Source of the DNA: Octopus bimaculoides
Lineage: Eukaryota
Length of the DNA stretch: 64,000 nt
NCBI RefSeq assembly: GCF_001194135.2
Contig: NC_068998.1
Location: forward strand, 13,455,341 to 13,519,340
Reading direction: 5' to 3'
Below the pieces are notes generated by a model that was given only the letters and a program-made list of their open reading frames with translations, did no database searches and was not told the origin of the DNA. Both the position numbers and the translations under genes were made by a program. Position 1 is the first letter of the stretch. Every line of letters begins with the position of its first letter. Below are positions 1 to 11,892 of this stretch, piece by piece.

Positions 1-118
1 AATATTATGTAGAAGCTGTTGCATGTTAATTTAATTTCCGTATTGGTGCAGATTGGATGCATTATCCAATACCCACATGCCCTTCTTGCCATAAACCTTT
101 CAACACTCTTAGTCACCT

Positions 119-409
119 TTAACCCTATAACATTTAAACCAGTCATATCAGGCCTAAATATTCTGCCTGTTTTATGCTCAAACTGGCCAGATTTGACCTT
201 TCATACTTACCCTAAACTGTCATTCTAAAAATAAATGATCATCAGGAGTGGCTGTGTGGTAAGTAGCTTGCTTACCAACCACATGGTTCCGGGTTCAGTC
301 CCACTGCGTGGCACCTTGGGCAAGTGTCTTCTACTATAGCCTCGGGCCGACCAAAGCCTTGTGAGTGGATTTGGTAGACGGAAACTGAAAGAAGCCCGTC
401 GTATATATG

Positions 410-451
<42 letters not shown>

Positions 452-742
452 TGTGTCTGTGTTTGTCCCCCCAGCATCGCTTGACAACCGATGCTGGTGT
501 GTTTATGTCCCCGTAACATAGCGGTTCGGCAAAAGAAACCGATAGAATACATACTAGGCTTACAAAGAATAAGTCCCGGGGTCGATTTGCTTGACTAAAG
601 GTGGTGCTCCAGCATGGCCGCAGTCAAATGACTGAAACAATTAAAAGATCATTGAAATTTTAAAGCTACAAGACAATGCATGATTAATTCAAAGCAATGT
701 GATTAAATAAGCATTACATATGACAAAGTAATCTGAATGCTT
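119..742. mobile_element. TTAA-flanked MITE-like element (piggyBac-like terminus), split by a SINE A insertion
   Basis: Begins TTAA|CCCTATAACATT; sequence resumes after the SINE at ~649 and ends ..GTAATCTGAATGCT, a degenerate inverse of the left end. Confidence 0.45.
244..648 (+). mobile_element. tRNA-derived SINE family A, near full length, with central (TA)n(TG)n
   Basis: Head GGCTGTGTGGTAAG..GGTTCAGTCCC (A/B-box-like), CORE-like CCTTGGGCAAG segment, tail ..GACTGAAACAA..AAAAGA; more than 15 homologous copies in the window. Confidence 0.9.
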
Positions 743-1765
743 ATGGACTGGAGGTGCAGAGATGTAGCTTGACTATCCCAAAGCTAGAATACACATGCGA
801 TAAAATTAAAGAGGTAAAGACAACTGTGGCACAGCAGATGATGCGATGTGATGTGATATGTTAAAAGATGTGCTAGAAGTGATGGAGGAAAAAAATGTCA
901 CATTACATTTTCTTATTTACTTTCTACCTGTCATATACAGAAACAGAATTTCTGTTACCAAGTTATTTTCATTGTTTACTATCTTCTGCCCTTGTGTATT
1001 TCTGTATACATATATAACCATGTATAGAAGGAAAGTGTCAAATTTGTCGGCATAACTACAGATTTCTGTCCCCACCACCACCACCACCACCCAATTTTGA
1101 TGATCATAACTTTCAGAAAAATGAGTCTACTTCAATTCGTCTTAACTTTCAAGAAAATGGATACTTTTTAATGAAATTCTCTACAAATATACCTTGGAAT
1201 ATTATTAGATTACATTCACTTCTTTAAAAAGGTTTCTCAATGTCAACTTCCGGTATTGACATAAAAAAACGGTGAAGTCTGTCCCTGTCTAATTTTAATG
1301 TTTTCATTTCAAGTTTTAATTTGCTATTTGTAAACAACTACGATAAATTACTGAAAGAAATATTTACCAAGTTCACAAATTTAAATATTTGATACAAGAT
1401 ACTTTTCTGCTTTTATTTATATGATTTTTTTCATTTCATGTCCATCTCATTCATTGTTTGCAATGTTCTCTCTCTCTCTCTCACACATACACACACACCC
1501 TCCAGGTTTGATTTCTTTATTACACAAATATCACATTCAAATTTTGCAATTCAAAATGGGGCGTCCAAAAAATATGGGCATTATTTTGATGGAACTCACA
1601 CACTTCATTACTTTATGTAAATTTTTATTTATTTTTGTATGTATGTTTGTATACATTTATGTATGGTATGTGTGTCTGTGTGTGCATGTGAGTGAGTGAA
1701 GTGATGTGTTGTCATGTATTCATACATACATAAATACATATGAATACATCTTTTTTGTATGTATG

Positions 1766-1798
<33 letters not shown>

Positions 1799-2053
1799 TA
1801 GAGAGAGGGAGAGTGATGTCTAAGTGGCACTCTCTCTCTCTCTCTGAGTGATGTCTAAGTGGCACTCTCTCTCTCACACACACGCACACATGCATACAAG
1901 AAAGATATATGCCTATTTCTTTATGTATGTATACTTGACAACACACCCTTTCACTCTCTCTCTCTCTGTCTCTCTCACACACACACACGTCCATGTCATC
2001 TGATGATCGATACTGTATGTATATGTATCTGTGTGTGTGTGTGGGGGGGGGGG

Positions 2054-3055
2054 CATACCACAATTGTCAGAAAAAAGTGGAGAAATTTTCTTTCTTGATG
2101 CTCCTGGTGATGCAGGTAAAACATTTGTAACATTGCTTCTCTCCAAAGCAAGGCAACAAAATAAAAAATTGCAGTTGCTCCACCATTGTCTGGCTTTGCT
2201 GCCACCATTCTCCCAGGAGGACGAACAGCTCATTCTGCTTTTAAATTTCCTCTAAACCTGGTTACAAACGACAGTCCAATATGTAACATAAGCAAAGATT
2301 CAGGTTCAGCAGAAGTGTTGTACCAATGCCACCTTATCATTTGCGATGAATGCACCAAGTCACATAGAGGTGTAATGGAAGCTCTTGGTAAAACCTTACA
2401 GGGCATCAGATGCAACTATAAATTTATGGGAGGAGTTACATTAGCTTTATCAGGATCAGTCATTCTGAGACGAACAAGACCTGATGAAATAAAAGCATGC
2501 ATTAAGTCTTCACACCTCTGGAATAAAATACTGAAATTCTCCTTCAATACTAACGTGCGAGCTTCATTAAATGAGCAGATCAGTTTTCAACCTGGCTCCT
2601 CTAATTAAGAAATGGGAAAGTACCATGTGATGGGAATGGTGATATCAGTTTGGGTCATATTGCTATCATGGTGAATTCCCCAAATGAATTGAAGAACAGG
2701 GTATTGCCAGACTTAAGTTATAATTATAATTCACATAAATGGTTGTATGAAAGGGCGATTCTTACTCCAAAAAATGAGGCAGTAGCAAGAATTAACCATG
2801 AATTAATGAATAAGATTCCAACCGTCATTAAGTAGTAACAAATCAGTTGATTCAGTCCTTGATGAAAATCAAGCTGTCCATTACCCAACAGAGTTCCTTA
2901 ATTCTCTTGAACCACCTGGAATTCAGAATTGATTTCCCAATTAAAGAATAAATAGAATTTAGAATAACAAATTTCTATACAATATATTTTGCTTTTTTTC
3001 TTCCAATATGTAAGGAAAAATTTCATTCCTGGGCAATGCTGGGTGCTTCTGCTAG
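2054..3055 (+). mobile_element. Helitron remnant: degenerate PIF1-like helicase coding region plus 3' terminus
   Basis: Frameshifted peptides [51 protein letters not shown]; ends in CCTGGGCAATGCTGGG hairpin then CTAG|T at 3052-3056. Confidence 0.9.
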
Positions 3056-3076
3056 TATATATATATATATATATAT

Positions 3077-3474
3077 NNNNNNNNNNNNNNNNNNNNNNNN
3101 NNNNNNNNNNNNNNNNNNNNNNNNNNNNNNNNNNNNNNNNNNNNNNNNNNNNNNNNNNNNNNNNNNNNNNNNNNNNNNNNNNNNNNNNNNNNNNNNNNNN
3201 NNNNNNNNNNNNNNNNNNNNNNNNNNNNNNNNNNNNNNNNNNNNNNNNNNNNNNNNNNNNNNNNNNNNNNNNNNNNNNNNNNNNNNNNNNNNNNNNNNNN
3301 NNNNNNNNNNNNNNNNNNNNNNNNNNNNNNNNNNNNNNNNNNNNNNNNNNNNNNNNNNNNNNNNNNNNNNNNNNNNNNNNNNNNNNNNNNNNNNNNNNNN
3401 NNNNNNNNNNNNNNNNNNNNNNNNNNNNNNNNNNNNNNNNNNNNNNNNNNNNNNNNNNNNNNNNNNNNNNNNNN
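3077..3474. other. Assembly gap (others at 19507-19823, 33370-33379, 33614-33675, 35898-36222, 40800-41138, 48709-48862, 61310-61319)
   Basis: N runs, mostly flanked by (TA)n. Confidence 1.
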
Positions 3475-3530
<56 letters not shown>

Positions 3531-5235
3531 TGTTTGTGTATGCGTGTGTGTGTATACACACACACACACACATCATTTTCTCCAGAGTACAATAATAATA
3601 AATATTTTGTTCTATTTAACAAATATTATTATGGAAATTATTCTTTTCAATCTTTAATGTATCAAAAAAATATGAATATGATAATTCTTACAAAATTTTA
3701 ATTTTTATGCAAGTTCTCTCTCGATTTCATGTTTTATTATTATTATTTTTTTTTTAATTTATCACTTTGTTATTTCTTTTCCTTTAAATTTTCTATATTT
3801 TGTTCCTATAAATGAATTATTAATTTTTATTTCTCCATTTCTTTACGAAATTATCTTTCAGTTGGACTATTTAAACAATGATTCAAGAATAATATCATTT
3901 TCCAACAGGATTCAATATCATATTTGACTGTTTATTTTGGGGGTTTTTTCACTTGTTTTTCTTCCTTTTTTATTTTTTTTTTTTTTTTTGGTATAAAATA
4001 TGTATATTTCTTTTTCTGGATTTTGTGACAAATGTAGTTAAAATCATCATTGTTGTTGTTGTTTTATATAATTGTTTGCATTGTTATTTGTAGTCATCAT
4101 TTTATATAATTGTTTGCATTGTTATTTGTAGTCATCATCTGTTCTTGTTGTTAGTGTTGTCATTGTTGTTGCTTTCTTCGTATAAAAGTTGAAAAGGAAG
4201 TATTTCATTGAAACTGCTTTCTATATTTGTTCACTCTTTACATAAATCATAGCAACAACAACAACAATAATAATGACGATGATGATAATAATAATCAGGC
4301 ATGAACTAATAAAGATCTTCTCACACACAATGTATTAAAATGTAAATATGGGAAAGAAAAAAAAATAAACAAAACATACAAAAAATATATAATTTTAGTA
4401 AACTGCAAATTCTTGAAGTTTAGATTTAATAAATTCTTAAGTCATTCTAACTATTTTCAGATATGGAAACAAGTATGTTTTTCATATAATTTATTTTATA
4501 CATACATATAAATTACATGCTTCTCTTAAAATGGAAATCAGTCAACCAAGAATTAAGTTTGATAATTAATCTCTCGTTTAGTATGAAGAGTTGGGGAATT
4601 AATGGAGAGCACTGAACAATTCCTGTGAAAGGGCTTGCACCCACGAACAATGAATTTTAGAAACCAACCACCAGCTTCATGAATAAACTAACTGGTTATT
4701 CTTTAACCACAGATCAGCTATGATTGAGCAAAGCTGTGATCAGTGGTATTCCATATGTTACCATTTCATCTTTTTTGTATAGCCAGATGCAGGCATGGTT
4801 GTGTGGTTAAGCAGTTCACTTCACAACCATGAGGTTTCAAGTTCAATCCCTCTGCTGAGCACATTAGACGTCTTCTACTATAGACCAGACCTGACCAATG
4901 GAAATTGTATATATGTGCCAGTCAGGTTGTACTGGTATCGGTCACGACAATGATTTCACTTGATTCATATATATATATATATATATATTATTTTATAACA
5001 GTTATAGTAGACCAGCAAGAGATTATTCTGTTACTCAATCTCATATGCCTGACTATCTAGGGTTTTCCTGCAAGTTTACAAAACTTTAGGTTGCATAGAA
5101 CTGAGTCAAACTGTTATTGAATGATACATGTAGCTTCTACCAAATGAGTTAAATACCATGTTCATTTGTCTGCTTGCTTGTGTGTGTGTGTGTGCTTGTG
5201 TGTGTGTGTGTGTTTGTGTATGTGTGTATATATAT

Positions 5236-5575
5236 CATCATCATCATCATCATCATCGTTTAACGTCCGCTTTCCATGCTAGCATGGGTTGGACGATTTG
5301 ACTGACGACTGGTGAACCAGATGGCTGCACCAGGCTCCAATCTGATCGGGCAGAGTTTCTACATCTGGATGCCCTTCCTAATGCCAACCACTCCGAGAGT
5401 GTAGTGGGTGCTTTTACGTGCCACTGGCAGTACTGGCACAGGCAGTACTGGCAACGGCTATGCTCAAATGATATTTTTTATGTGCCACTGGCACGGAAGC
5501 CAGACAGCTGCTCTGGCAATGATTACGCTTGGCTCGTGCTGTTAGCACTCAACTGGCATGGGTGCCAGTCATTGA
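5236..5575 (-). mobile_element. SINE-like family C ((GAT)n tail)
   Basis: Reverse copy of ..GGTTGGCGTTAGGAAGGGCATCCAGCTGTAGAAA..GGACGTTAAACGATGATG; matches copies at 6.1, 11.9, 27.6, 52.3 kb. Confidence 0.85.
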
Positions 5576-5787
5576 ATTTGGTTCAATTTCGATTTCATAT
5601 ATATATATATATATATATACAAAATTTATAATTAAAGAATCGATTTGAAATTTAAGATTAAAAATTTAGCATCCTTAGTAGTGTGCTGGCAGAGCACATT
5701 CACCTCTGATGGCTACCTGGTGTCATCCACAGTAAATGTACATTCATTGCTGTATCTACATTAAGAATTCTTCAGTACACATTTGAG

Positions 5788-5909
5788 TATATTCTAAATA
5801 ATTGATACAGAAGACAGAATATGCTGGAAACTTTATTTATCACAATCATCATTATGATAAATAATGTTTCCAGCATACTCTGTCTTCCATGTTAATTATT
5901 TAGAATATA
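5788..5909. ncRNA. Candidate pre-miRNA-like or long hairpin
   Basis: 33-bp inner stem with 2 mismatches (GAAGACAGAATATGCTGGAAACTTTATTTATCA / TGATAAATAATGTTTCCAGCATACTCTGTCTTC), 12-nt loop, plus a 16-bp perfect basal stem. Confidence 0.35.
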
Positions 5910-6099
5910 AATGTGACAGGGGTAGGAGGAATGTATGTATGTATGTATATATAAATATATATGAAGTAAAAAGGATTAAAAAATACATTCAGTGTTAAAC
6001 GAATTTGGTTAAATATATCCAACAACCAGGTACCAAGAAATACAAGTAGAATAAACATCCAAGGTAATTCCCCATGTATGACTAGTAATAATATTAAAT

Positions 6100-6445
6100 A
6101 TAATACTGATATGATATGCTTGAGAAGACCTGTTGTGTCAAATAAAATCAAAATCGTAGCTGTGGCCAGTGCCCCCTAACTGGCTTCCATGCTGCTGGAA
6201 CATAAAAAGCACCATCCGAATGTGGTTGATGCCAGTACCTCCTGACTGACTCCTGTGCCAGTGGCACGTAAAAAGTACCCACTAAACTCTCGGAGTGGTT
6301 GGCATTAGGAAGGGCATCCAACTGTAGAAACATTGCCAGATCAGATTGGAGCTTGGTGTAGCTGCTGGCTCTCCAGACCTAAGTCAACCTGTCCAACCCA
6401 TGCCAGCATGGAAAACAGACGTTAAATGATGATGATGAGGATGAT
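6100..6445 (+). mobile_element. SINE-like family C
   Basis: Same body and (GAT)n tail, two internal GTGGCACGTAAAA-type units. Confidence 0.85.
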
Positions 6446-7117
6446 ATTAATCTGGCCTTAACACCTAATTCTAAGAGGAGGATTAGTACCAGTTCTTTTA
6501 TGCTCAAATACCTCATTCAAGTGAATAAACTTCTTTGTAATTTTAAAAGCAAAATAATCTGCCCTTTACAAAATCAATGTTTAATGAAGAATTTAGAGTA
6601 TCAATATAAGGTAATAACAGGGGATTATGCATATTATTACATATGTTCATCTGCTACAATTTGGAAATGTAAATTTCATAATCATTCTCACTGATTTAAA
6701 AACAGAAGAAAATGTAATTCTGTGAATTGTAGTAAATGCATTTGAGAATTAAAAGATAGGAACATTAATTTTGATTTAAGTGGTCCATTATTAGTTATGC
6801 ACCATCATACAATACTGGTAATTTTAAATGTAATCTTCGCCTTGAGGAAATGTATTATATAATTACTTCTAAATTAAAATTGAATTATAAAGGTAATTTT
6901 ACATTGAAATGTTCTCACAAATATTGAAAAGCATTTAAATATTTCAATTCTAAATGACCCATTAATTATAAATGTTTTTCATACAATACAATATACATAA
7001 TTTTTATCAAAATGTTTAGCATATTTGATAGATAGATAATTAGTTATATAGAATTTTTATGTTTCTAATTGTCATAACATAGAATTCCTATGTTTATATT
7101 TTATTCTTTCATCATCT

Positions 7118-7215
7118 TCTGATGTCTGAACATCAAACTAATACACCTGCTTGTTGTTCCCTCACCTGTCTTTGTCTTTTGTTTTCTGTACATTCGAACC
7201 ACATATATACATAAA
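7118..7215 (+). mobile_element. Possible PLE terminal-repeat fragment
   Basis: Pyrimidine-rich CAAACTAATACACCTGCTTGTTGTTCC..TTTTCTGTA ending at a TA run; resemblance only. Confidence 0.3.
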
Positions 7216-7604
7216 TATATTAACTATTAGCGATGAAAGTAGCCTTCATTACAAATATTAATTAGCACAACCTACTGAACTTTGATATGTTGCTTTGAAT
7301 GTCATCGAATACAGTAATCATTCTGAGAAATCACAGACTTTATGTGCTAAAAAGTGCAGGTTATATCAACTGACAAAATTTCATGAGTTCTGGCAGATGG
7401 AACTTTCATCATAAATTGCAAATCCTTAGCAACCAGTACCTAAGCACTGAATATATATAAATAGCAAACTTCCACACAATTTCTGTCTATCAAATTACAT
7501 TCATAAGGCATTGGTCAACCCTAGACAAAAGTGTAAGACACTTGTCCAAAACCCAGCTGGACCCCATAATTGAGAAGTAATCTTCTTAACCAAATGATAA
7601 AGAC

Positions 7605-7932
7605 ACCCTTCAGTCATGAATGACCATGGGATTGCACCTAGAAAGTTCCCCTCCAAGGCACAACTCTAGGCAGGGTTGTTTTTGGAAGATCAGCAATCAC
7701 CCATGCATACCAGGCTCCCTTCTCCATGCTACTGATGTTATCCAAAGGAATGGCAAATGCCAATACAGTTTGGCATCAGTGATGTCACAACTTATTTTTA
7801 CAGCTGAGTGAACTTGAGTAACATGAAATAAAGTGTCTTGCTCAAGAACACAACACACAGCCTGGTCTGGGAATCGAACTCACACCTTCATAATTGTGAG
7901 TCTGATGCTCTAACCAGCAGCCATGTGCCTCA
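7605..7932 (-). mobile_element. tRNA-derived SINE family D
   Basis: Minus-strand head GGCTGCTGGTTAGAGC..GAGTTCGATTCCC then TTCTTGAGCAAGACACTT; related pieces at 13296-13410, 22219-22450, 46165-46395. Confidence 0.8.
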
Positions 7933-7945
7933 GTAGATTACTAAC

Positions 7946-8149
7946 CTGTAAAATGTTCTTATCTAGCATCGAGACAATTCAAAACATGAATATATAGCAA
8001 TACTGCACCCTTCTATTTTACAATTTATCACTGAGCTGGGAAAATCTGTGATGAAAGACCTTCCAAACATGACCATCAAGTCTTTCCATATACCTACATC
8101 TATGTCTTTCCATGCATCTTTCTTCATCCCTATACGAAGTCTAACGATT
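7946..8149 (-). CDS. Candidate exon of an unidentified gene (IVRLRIGMKKDAWKDIDVGIWKDLMVMFGRSFITDFPSSVINCKIEGCSIAIYSCFELSRC*)
   Basis: Long poly-pyrimidine tract, TAGCAG acceptor, purine-rich first codon positions, donor CAG|GTTAGT; one in-frame TAG 17 nt before the donor. Confidence 0.35.
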
Positions 8150-8700
8150 CTGCTACTTCTCAGTAAATAATGACAAAAGGAAAACAAACAAAAAATTTTT
8201 TAAGCCATGGATCAATATTTCACCCGAGCAAAGTAAAAAAAATTGACTCTCAAGTTATTAAGTCCTTAATTACCTTAATGTCTGCTACAACATTTTAGTT
8301 TGTATGCATTTCCTTCACCTCTTGCACTCACTAATCTTTATTTATTGTAAAACAAAAATTGATTTTCATCCATTTATTCACATGTCTTAACGTACATTCC
8401 CCACCCCCATTGTCATGACTTGAATGAGAATTGATTTTCAAGGTATGATTTTTATAGCTGGATGCACTTCCCATAGCCAGCCCTCACCTGCTATTTTATT
8501 TTCTTTTTTCTTTTCTGGTTAAGGATTTTTATATGCTACCTGCACATGTCTTCACAGGTGCAAAATGACCTGTCATAATGTCTATGAGAAATGCTAACAT
8601 TGATACCACTTTGCTTAAGCAGTGACAAGCAAAATATTGAAATTCCTTCACGTTCACTCATGAACACACACACACACACACACACATACACAGATGCATA

Positions 8701-9900
8701 TATTCTTTTAAGAACAGAAATTTAATGAACTCTACGGGCCTTAGTAAATACATTTGGGAACTTAAATCAAAAAGAATAGAATACGAGTTAAAATGGGAAA
8801 TAGTTTGCAAGGCTAAATCATATAGGATAGGGAATAAATTCTGCTTATTATGTACGAAAGAATTTAAAGAGATATTATTAGCTAATAAAAAATTGATTAA
8901 CTCCCACGATGAACGTAATATTAAATGCAGACATAAATTAAATTACTTATATTCTCTTTTACTTGTTTCAGTCATTTGACTGCGGCCATGCTGGAGCACC
9001 GCCTTTAGTCGAGCAAATCGACCCCAGGACTTATTCTTTGTAAGCCTAGGACTTATTCTTTGTAAGCCTAGTACTTATTCTATCGGTCTCTTTTTGCCGA
9101 ACCGCTAAGTTACGGGGATGTAAACACACCAGCATCGGTTGTCAAGCGATGTTGGGGGACAAACACAAACACACAAATGCATATACACATATATTAGGTA
9201 CCAACTAATAGTTGTGATCAGTATCGTAAAATACATCAAATTAGCTTTAGAATACACTTTAATCATCACAATATTATACTAAATTGAAACATATAACTAC
9301 CTTTACTTTAAGTATTCAACGATAATATGAGCAGTCTTTTACAATGTTTCATAACATTACTTAAGTAATATATAATTTTCGTATCTGGTATAGTTATTAT
9401 TCTGCGTAAATCTGAGAGTTTTAAGTATTTTAGTATTATTAATCTTCAATAAACTTTTTTATTTTAGGCAGATTTTCTTTTTCGATATTTTCGCTATTAT
9501 TTTAGTTTAGTAATTATAATACGTACGCCATGTTTATCACGTGACTTTTCAGTATTAATTTTCATAGTATTATTTAAGTAATATAGAATTTTCGTATGTG
9601 TATAGTTATTACTCTGCGTTAAGTTGCAAGTTTAAGTATTTTAGTATTTTTAATCCTCAAGAAACTTTTTATTTTAGGTAGATTTTCTTTTTCGATATTT
9701 TCGTTTTATTTTAGTAATTATAATAAGCATGTACTTCTGGGTAATAGACGCCATATTTATCACGTGACCTTTTAGTATAAATTCTATAGCACATTCTGCA
9801 GTTACCAGCCGGCAGATAAGTCATGTTTTCTTATTTTAATTTCATAAACAATATTGACAAAATATTTTACATGATAACACTTTCAATCAGTTAAAATCAA
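8701..9900 (+). mobile_element. Penelope-like element 3' fragment (endonuclease-region C-terminus plus 3' UTR), interrupted by SINE A
   Basis: NSTGLSKYIWELK..KWEIVCKAKSY..FCLLCTKE..NIKCRHK resembles the PLE ORF end; the frame resumes LGTN* after the SINE; the UTR holds two ~205-bp tandem copies with TCACGTGAC. Confidence 0.75.
8952..9192 (-). mobile_element. SINE A, 3' half
   Basis: Reverse match to the 3' half of 244-648, with a ~22-bp internal duplication. Confidence 0.9.
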
Positions 9901-10342
9901 AAGCCATGTGAGCCACTGCCTGGTACTACACCAGGGCATATATTATTATTATTATTATTATTATTACTATTTTTATCATCATCATCATCATCATCATTAT
10001 TACTACTATTTTTATTATCATCATCATCATCATCATTATTATTATATTTTGAATATGCAAATTTTGCAATTACTGTGTAAAAAGCCATCAGTTTCACACC
10101 AGGTATTAGATAACTGAATATTAGCTAAATGAGCAGATATGTAAATACATGTGTTCTTTGGAGATGGCAGATGTGGAAAAAAAAATAAAGTGACTGCTCT
10201 TTGTTATTGGAGGTGAGAAGCTGTCACATCTACTTTGTGTGTGCTGTGAAAAAAAAAAAGACAAAATGAAGTTGCTTGTCTCCTGCAATTTCATTTCATA
10301 CATTTCCATGATTCCCACAAAACAGATGTGACAGTATCTCAC

Positions 10343-10501
10343 CTCCAACAATAGAGAGCAGTCACCATATTCTTTCCATGCTTAACATCTCGAAAGAGTT
10401 TGTGCCCTGTTAGCTTATATCTACTCTCCAATGCAAAACTGATAAATATAATTGGCTGAAATGGATCTACAATACTGAATACTCTGATTAATATATCTGC
10501 T
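10343..10501 (-). CDS. Candidate internal coding exon, 159 nt, phase 2-2 (ADILIRVFSIVDPFQPIIFISFALESRYKLTGHKLFRDVKHGKNMVTALYCW)
   Basis: TTGAC branch-like motif, CAATAG acceptor (alternative at 10438), one open frame, donor GAG|GTGAGA. Confidence 0.45.
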
Positions 10502-10977
10502 CTATTGGCAAATATACAAGCGTCAAATGCACACATGTACACACACACACACCTATTATAATGCAAATAATATCAACTCTACATTGCATGAGCTTGTGTC
10601 CCTGTGCACACAGTTCTGTGCATGTATGTTGACATAAGTATGTATGTATGTATATGCATGTAAGTATGTGTGTACATATTTCTTCAAACACTCAAGCCAT
10701 GGAAACGTGAAAGACTGATTCATACCAGCAATTAAATTAAGCCAATTAAATATATTTTTATGTTCTTCATGCTCTGCTGCAAGGGTTCTTAATGTCTAAC
10801 CTATGATATTATCTGCTAGCACACACACACAGTATTTTCACACTTCCACATGTAAGATATCTCACACTTGTAGAAATATCAAATTAGCAAAGAATTATAT
10901 AATTTCTTGACAAATGACGAGACATAATTTTTACTTCAGTAGACATATATGCATATATATGAGTACACACACACACA

Positions 10978-11024
<47 letters not shown>

Positions 11025-11097
11025 ACACACACACGCACATATATAAATATATACATGTATATCCATACACACACATATATATAAGCACCTATATGTC

Positions 11098-11133
<36 letters not shown>

Positions 11134-11327
11134 GTTATAAAATTACTGAAAGAAAATATAAATAAAAAACTTGAATTATAAATAAATTAAAAAAATAGTC
11201 AAGCACATTATTTCTAATTGTTTTCTTTCTCTCTCTTTTTTTTGCCAATATGTGAATTTAAGCTTCATGAAATTAATGATGGTAATAATAATAATAAAAA
11301 CAATAATAATAATAATAATAATAATAA

Positions 11328-11875
11328 ATGCTTTGACGCATTAATAGGTAGTGGTTCTCATTGTTGCTTCTGATCTTAACTGATTGGCAGTGTTATCATG
11401 TATGATTTGAACTGGTGTAAAAGATGGGCTACAGCAAATATTCTGCTCAATACTATGGATTTGCTTGTCCGTTTCTTGACCATCACCAATTGAGCATGTC
11501 CCTTAGTGGCTGATGATCATGAGCAGGAGTAGTGGGAGGAAATCATGACCATTCGCTGAGAGGAATTCTTTGGGGTTTGAATGCTTTACCTTTGGAGACA
11601 TGGGTGTTTCATTCATAATCCTCAAACAAACCTTATTCAGGGACCTTTTGGGTGGGATGGGCCTCCCAGCCTGAAGAAAATTCTAACTGGCCCTATCTGC
11701 AAGGTCATGCACTGTTTATCTTGATATGAGATCACCATATGAGATCATATATGGTTGTAATACATGTGTTTGGTGTACCTATGTCAATAGGTCATCATAA
11801 TGGGTTTATTGGGCTTCATATATTTGTAGCCCAGTGTCACTTTGATGGCATGCATTGCTCTTTCACTCAATAACA
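11328..11875 (+). mobile_element. Unclassified repeat family F, flanked on both sides by (AAT)n
   Basis: Reverse-complement partial copy at 53833-54020. Confidence 0.65.
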
Positions 11876-11892
11876 ATAATAATAATAATAAT

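Noticed and set aside
244-320. tRNA genes at SINE heads (also 7860-7932 and 45960-46032)
   Set aside because: A/B-box-like motifs only; no complete cloverleaf recognised, and they continue into SINE bodies
2898-3701. Long ORFs rich in IY/VC/HT/X (also at 18.5, 19.3, 34.3, 38.2, 40.6, 48.4, 49.7-50.9 and 61.8 kb)
   Set aside because: Translations of (TA)n, (CA)n and N gaps, which lack stops by construction
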